From an uncultured Actinomycetes bacterium (GTDB lineage Bacteria > Actinomycetota > Geothermincolia > Fen-727 > JACVIW01), in assembly GCA_937127245.1 (NCBI GenBank), contig CAKZLU010000017.1, forward strand, positions 3,452 to 67,451: DNA of 64,000 nucleotides, read 5' to 3'. The notes under the pieces were generated by a model. That model worked only from the letters and a program-made list of their open reading frames with translations. It had not been told where the DNA came from and did not search any database. The position numbers and the translations under genes are program-made. Every line of letters starts with the position of its first letter. Positions within the stretch are counted from its first letter, which is position 1. Shown piece by piece: positions 62,402-64,000 of the stretch.

Positions 62402-63793
62402 ATGGATACTACGCTTAAAAGACAACTTGACAGGATATTCAAGCCCCGCTCAGTCGCCGTGATGGGGGTTTCCTCACGGATTGATAACCCCGGCACGCTA
62501 CTGCTCAGATCGCTAATGGACATGGAGTTTTCAGGACCGCTTTACCCCGTAAATCCAAAATACGACGAAATACTCGGCTTGAAATGCTACCCGTCGGTTA
62601 GCGAAATCCCGCAGCCACCCGACCTCGTGATTCTTTCCATTCCCCCAAAAGCGGTTCCAGCCGCGCTTGAAGACTGTGCGCGCGCCGGGGTCACGGGCTG
62701 CATCGTCAACACGGCAGGTTTCTCGGAGCTGGGAACATCAGAGGGTCTTGAACTTGAGAGAAAGGTCAGAAAAGTACTCGAAAGGACTGGGATCCGAATA
62801 ATCGGTCCCAACTGCATGGGAGTTTACTCGTCAAAGGGCAGGCTTGCCACTTTTGCCGGACAAAAATCTTCGGATGGAAAAATAGGCTGCATATCCCAGA
62901 GCGGCTCAATCGTGAACTTCCTCTACATTCTCGGGCTTGAAAGGGGAATCCAATTTTCCAAGATGGTTTCGAGCGGAAACGAGCTCGACTTAAACTGCAC
63001 CGATTTTCTCGAGTATTTCGCGGAAGATGATGAGGTGGAGATAATTGTCTCCTATTTCGAGCAAATACGAGACCCGAGGCGCTTTCTGAAAATCGCGCTC
63101 GAATTGAAAGGGAAAAAGCCACTCTTAATCTGGAAGGCAGGGCTTACCGAAAGGGGAAGGAAAGCCGCGGCCTCCCATACCGGAGCGATGGCGGGAAGCC
63201 CCCAAATATGGGAAGCGGTGAGAAAACAAGCCGGGATCGTAAGCGTCTCGGATCTTGCGGACGCGATAAACATCACAGCCATGTTCGCGCATTTAAGAAA
63301 GCCGCGCGGAAGGAAGGTATGCGTGATAAGCCCGCCGGGGGGAGTTGCCGTCAATACGGCTGACATGGTCGAACAAAGCGGTCTTGTAATGGCCGACCTC
63401 TCGCAAGAGACAATCGCAAATCTCCGAGAGATCCTGCCGAAAGAAGGAACCGCCGTTGGCAACCCGGTGGATATGGGATTTGGGTCGGTCGTGCCGGAGA
63501 ACTTATACAGGGTGACAAGAGCAGTAGCGGATGACGAAAGCACGGATATCATTCTCATAGTCGGCAGCGCCCCCGCTTCGAGGGACGGAGATCTCGGACT
63601 AATGAAGATGCAATCATCCGAGATCAAAAGGGCGAAAAACGAAATTGAAAAGCCGATTGTCGCGGTCGGGATACCGAGCGGTTTCGCGTTTCCATTCATA
63701 TCGGACCTCAGCTGGTCGAAAATACCTGTTTACATGTCCCCGAAAGAGGCGTGTTCATCGCTTGCGCGGCTTGTGGATTACTACGGGGTTTAG
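62402..63793 (+). CDS. NDP-forming acyl-CoA synthetase, alpha-type (CoA-binding + ligase domains, no ATP-grasp)
   Basis: IFKPRSVAV.G, YPVNP, GFSE, GPNCMG, SQSG, ASHTG phospho-His motif, NPVDM. Confidence 0.9.
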   Translation: MDTTLKRQLDRIFKPRSVAVMGVSSRIDNPGTLLLRSLMDMEFSGPLYPVNPKYDEILGLKCYPSVSEIPQPPDLVILSIPPKAVPAALEDCARAGVTGCIVNTAGFSELGTSEGLELERKVRKVLERTGIRIIGPNCMGVYSSKGRLATFAGQKSSDGKIGCISQSGSIVNFLYILGLERGIQFSKMVSSGNELDLNCTDFLEYFAEDDEVEIIVSYFEQIRDPRRFLKIALELKGKKPLLIWKAGLTERGRKAAASHTGAMAGSPQIWEAVRKQAGIVSVSDLADAINITAMFAHLRKPRGRKVCVISPPGGVAVNTADMVEQSGLVMADLSQETIANLREILPKEGTAVGNPVDMGFGSVVPENLYRVTRAVADDESTDIILIVGSAPASRDGDLGLMKMQSSEIKRAKNEIEKPIVAVGIPSGFAFPFISDLSWSKIPVYMSPKEACSSLARLVDYYGV

Positions 63794-63863
63794 TCCAAAC
63801 GAGGCAAGTGCCGCAAACCGTCTATAAACCGTCTATAAAAAGCGAAAATCTCATGACCTTCGC

Positions 63864-63881
63864 AAGGGGGAGACCCCTTTT
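63864..63881 (+). terminator. possible intrinsic terminator
   Basis: AAGGGG-GAGA-CCCCTT stem-loop followed by a short T run, 70 bp after the ligase stop. Confidence 0.35.
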
Positions 63882-63954
63882 CCCTATTCTCAGGCAAAGT
63901 TGAGATAAGTCATGGGATTGCGGCAAAGACAAGCGGAAAATAAAAAAGAAATAG

Positions 63955-64000
63955 ATGGCTCAAAAACGGGTTGTAAGAATTCTCGTGATCGATGTGAAAA
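63955..64000 (+). CDS. possible start of a receiver-domain protein, cut by the window edge
   Basis: MAQKRVVRILVID resembles the first strand of a receiver domain; only 15 codons visible. Confidence 0.3.
   Translation, partial: MAQKRVVRILVIDVK

Noticed and set aside
63815..63836. 11-bp tandem duplication AAACCGTCTAT x2
   Set aside because: Two copies only; most likely slippage
1..64000. tRNA, rRNA, tmRNA or prophage genes
   Set aside because: None recognised by eye; tRNAscan/Infernal would be needed to exclude them firmly

Overview
About 50% GC bacterial chromosome segment. It most likely comes from an anaerobic, uncultured Actinomycetota-type organism; this is an inference from the secreted proteins with W/Y-Y-F/L-A-E-G repeats and the anaerobic acyl-CoA and Fe-S enzymes. 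Contents: (i) acyl-CoA/redox metabolism (FAD oxidoreductase + CCG Fe-S + FAD oxidoreductase trio, SDRs, crotonases, acyl-CoA dehydrogenase + BadI/MenB-like + Hbd, PaaI thioesterase, NDP-forming acyl-CoA ligase); (ii) a small accessory patch at 14.6-18.7 kb with an EVE + PD-(D/E)XK nuclease, two paralogous membrane-protein cassettes and a nested inverted-repeat element; (iii) large secreted proteins, including three subtilase paralogues that share an extra domain inserted in the catalytic core; (iv) two genes sharing a pilin-like C/C/C/H head domain next to an ABC exporter; (v) a coupled YbjN/CesT-like chaperone + HEPN (RxxxxH) gene pair, the best candidate for an undescribed toxin/defence system; (vi) housekeeping and transport genes. 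Many genes carry frameshifts (probably partly long-read indels) and several carry in-frame stops (probably real decay). No rRNA, tRNA, cas, integrase or intact transposase was recognised. All family calls are by-eye motif recognition, not database searches.
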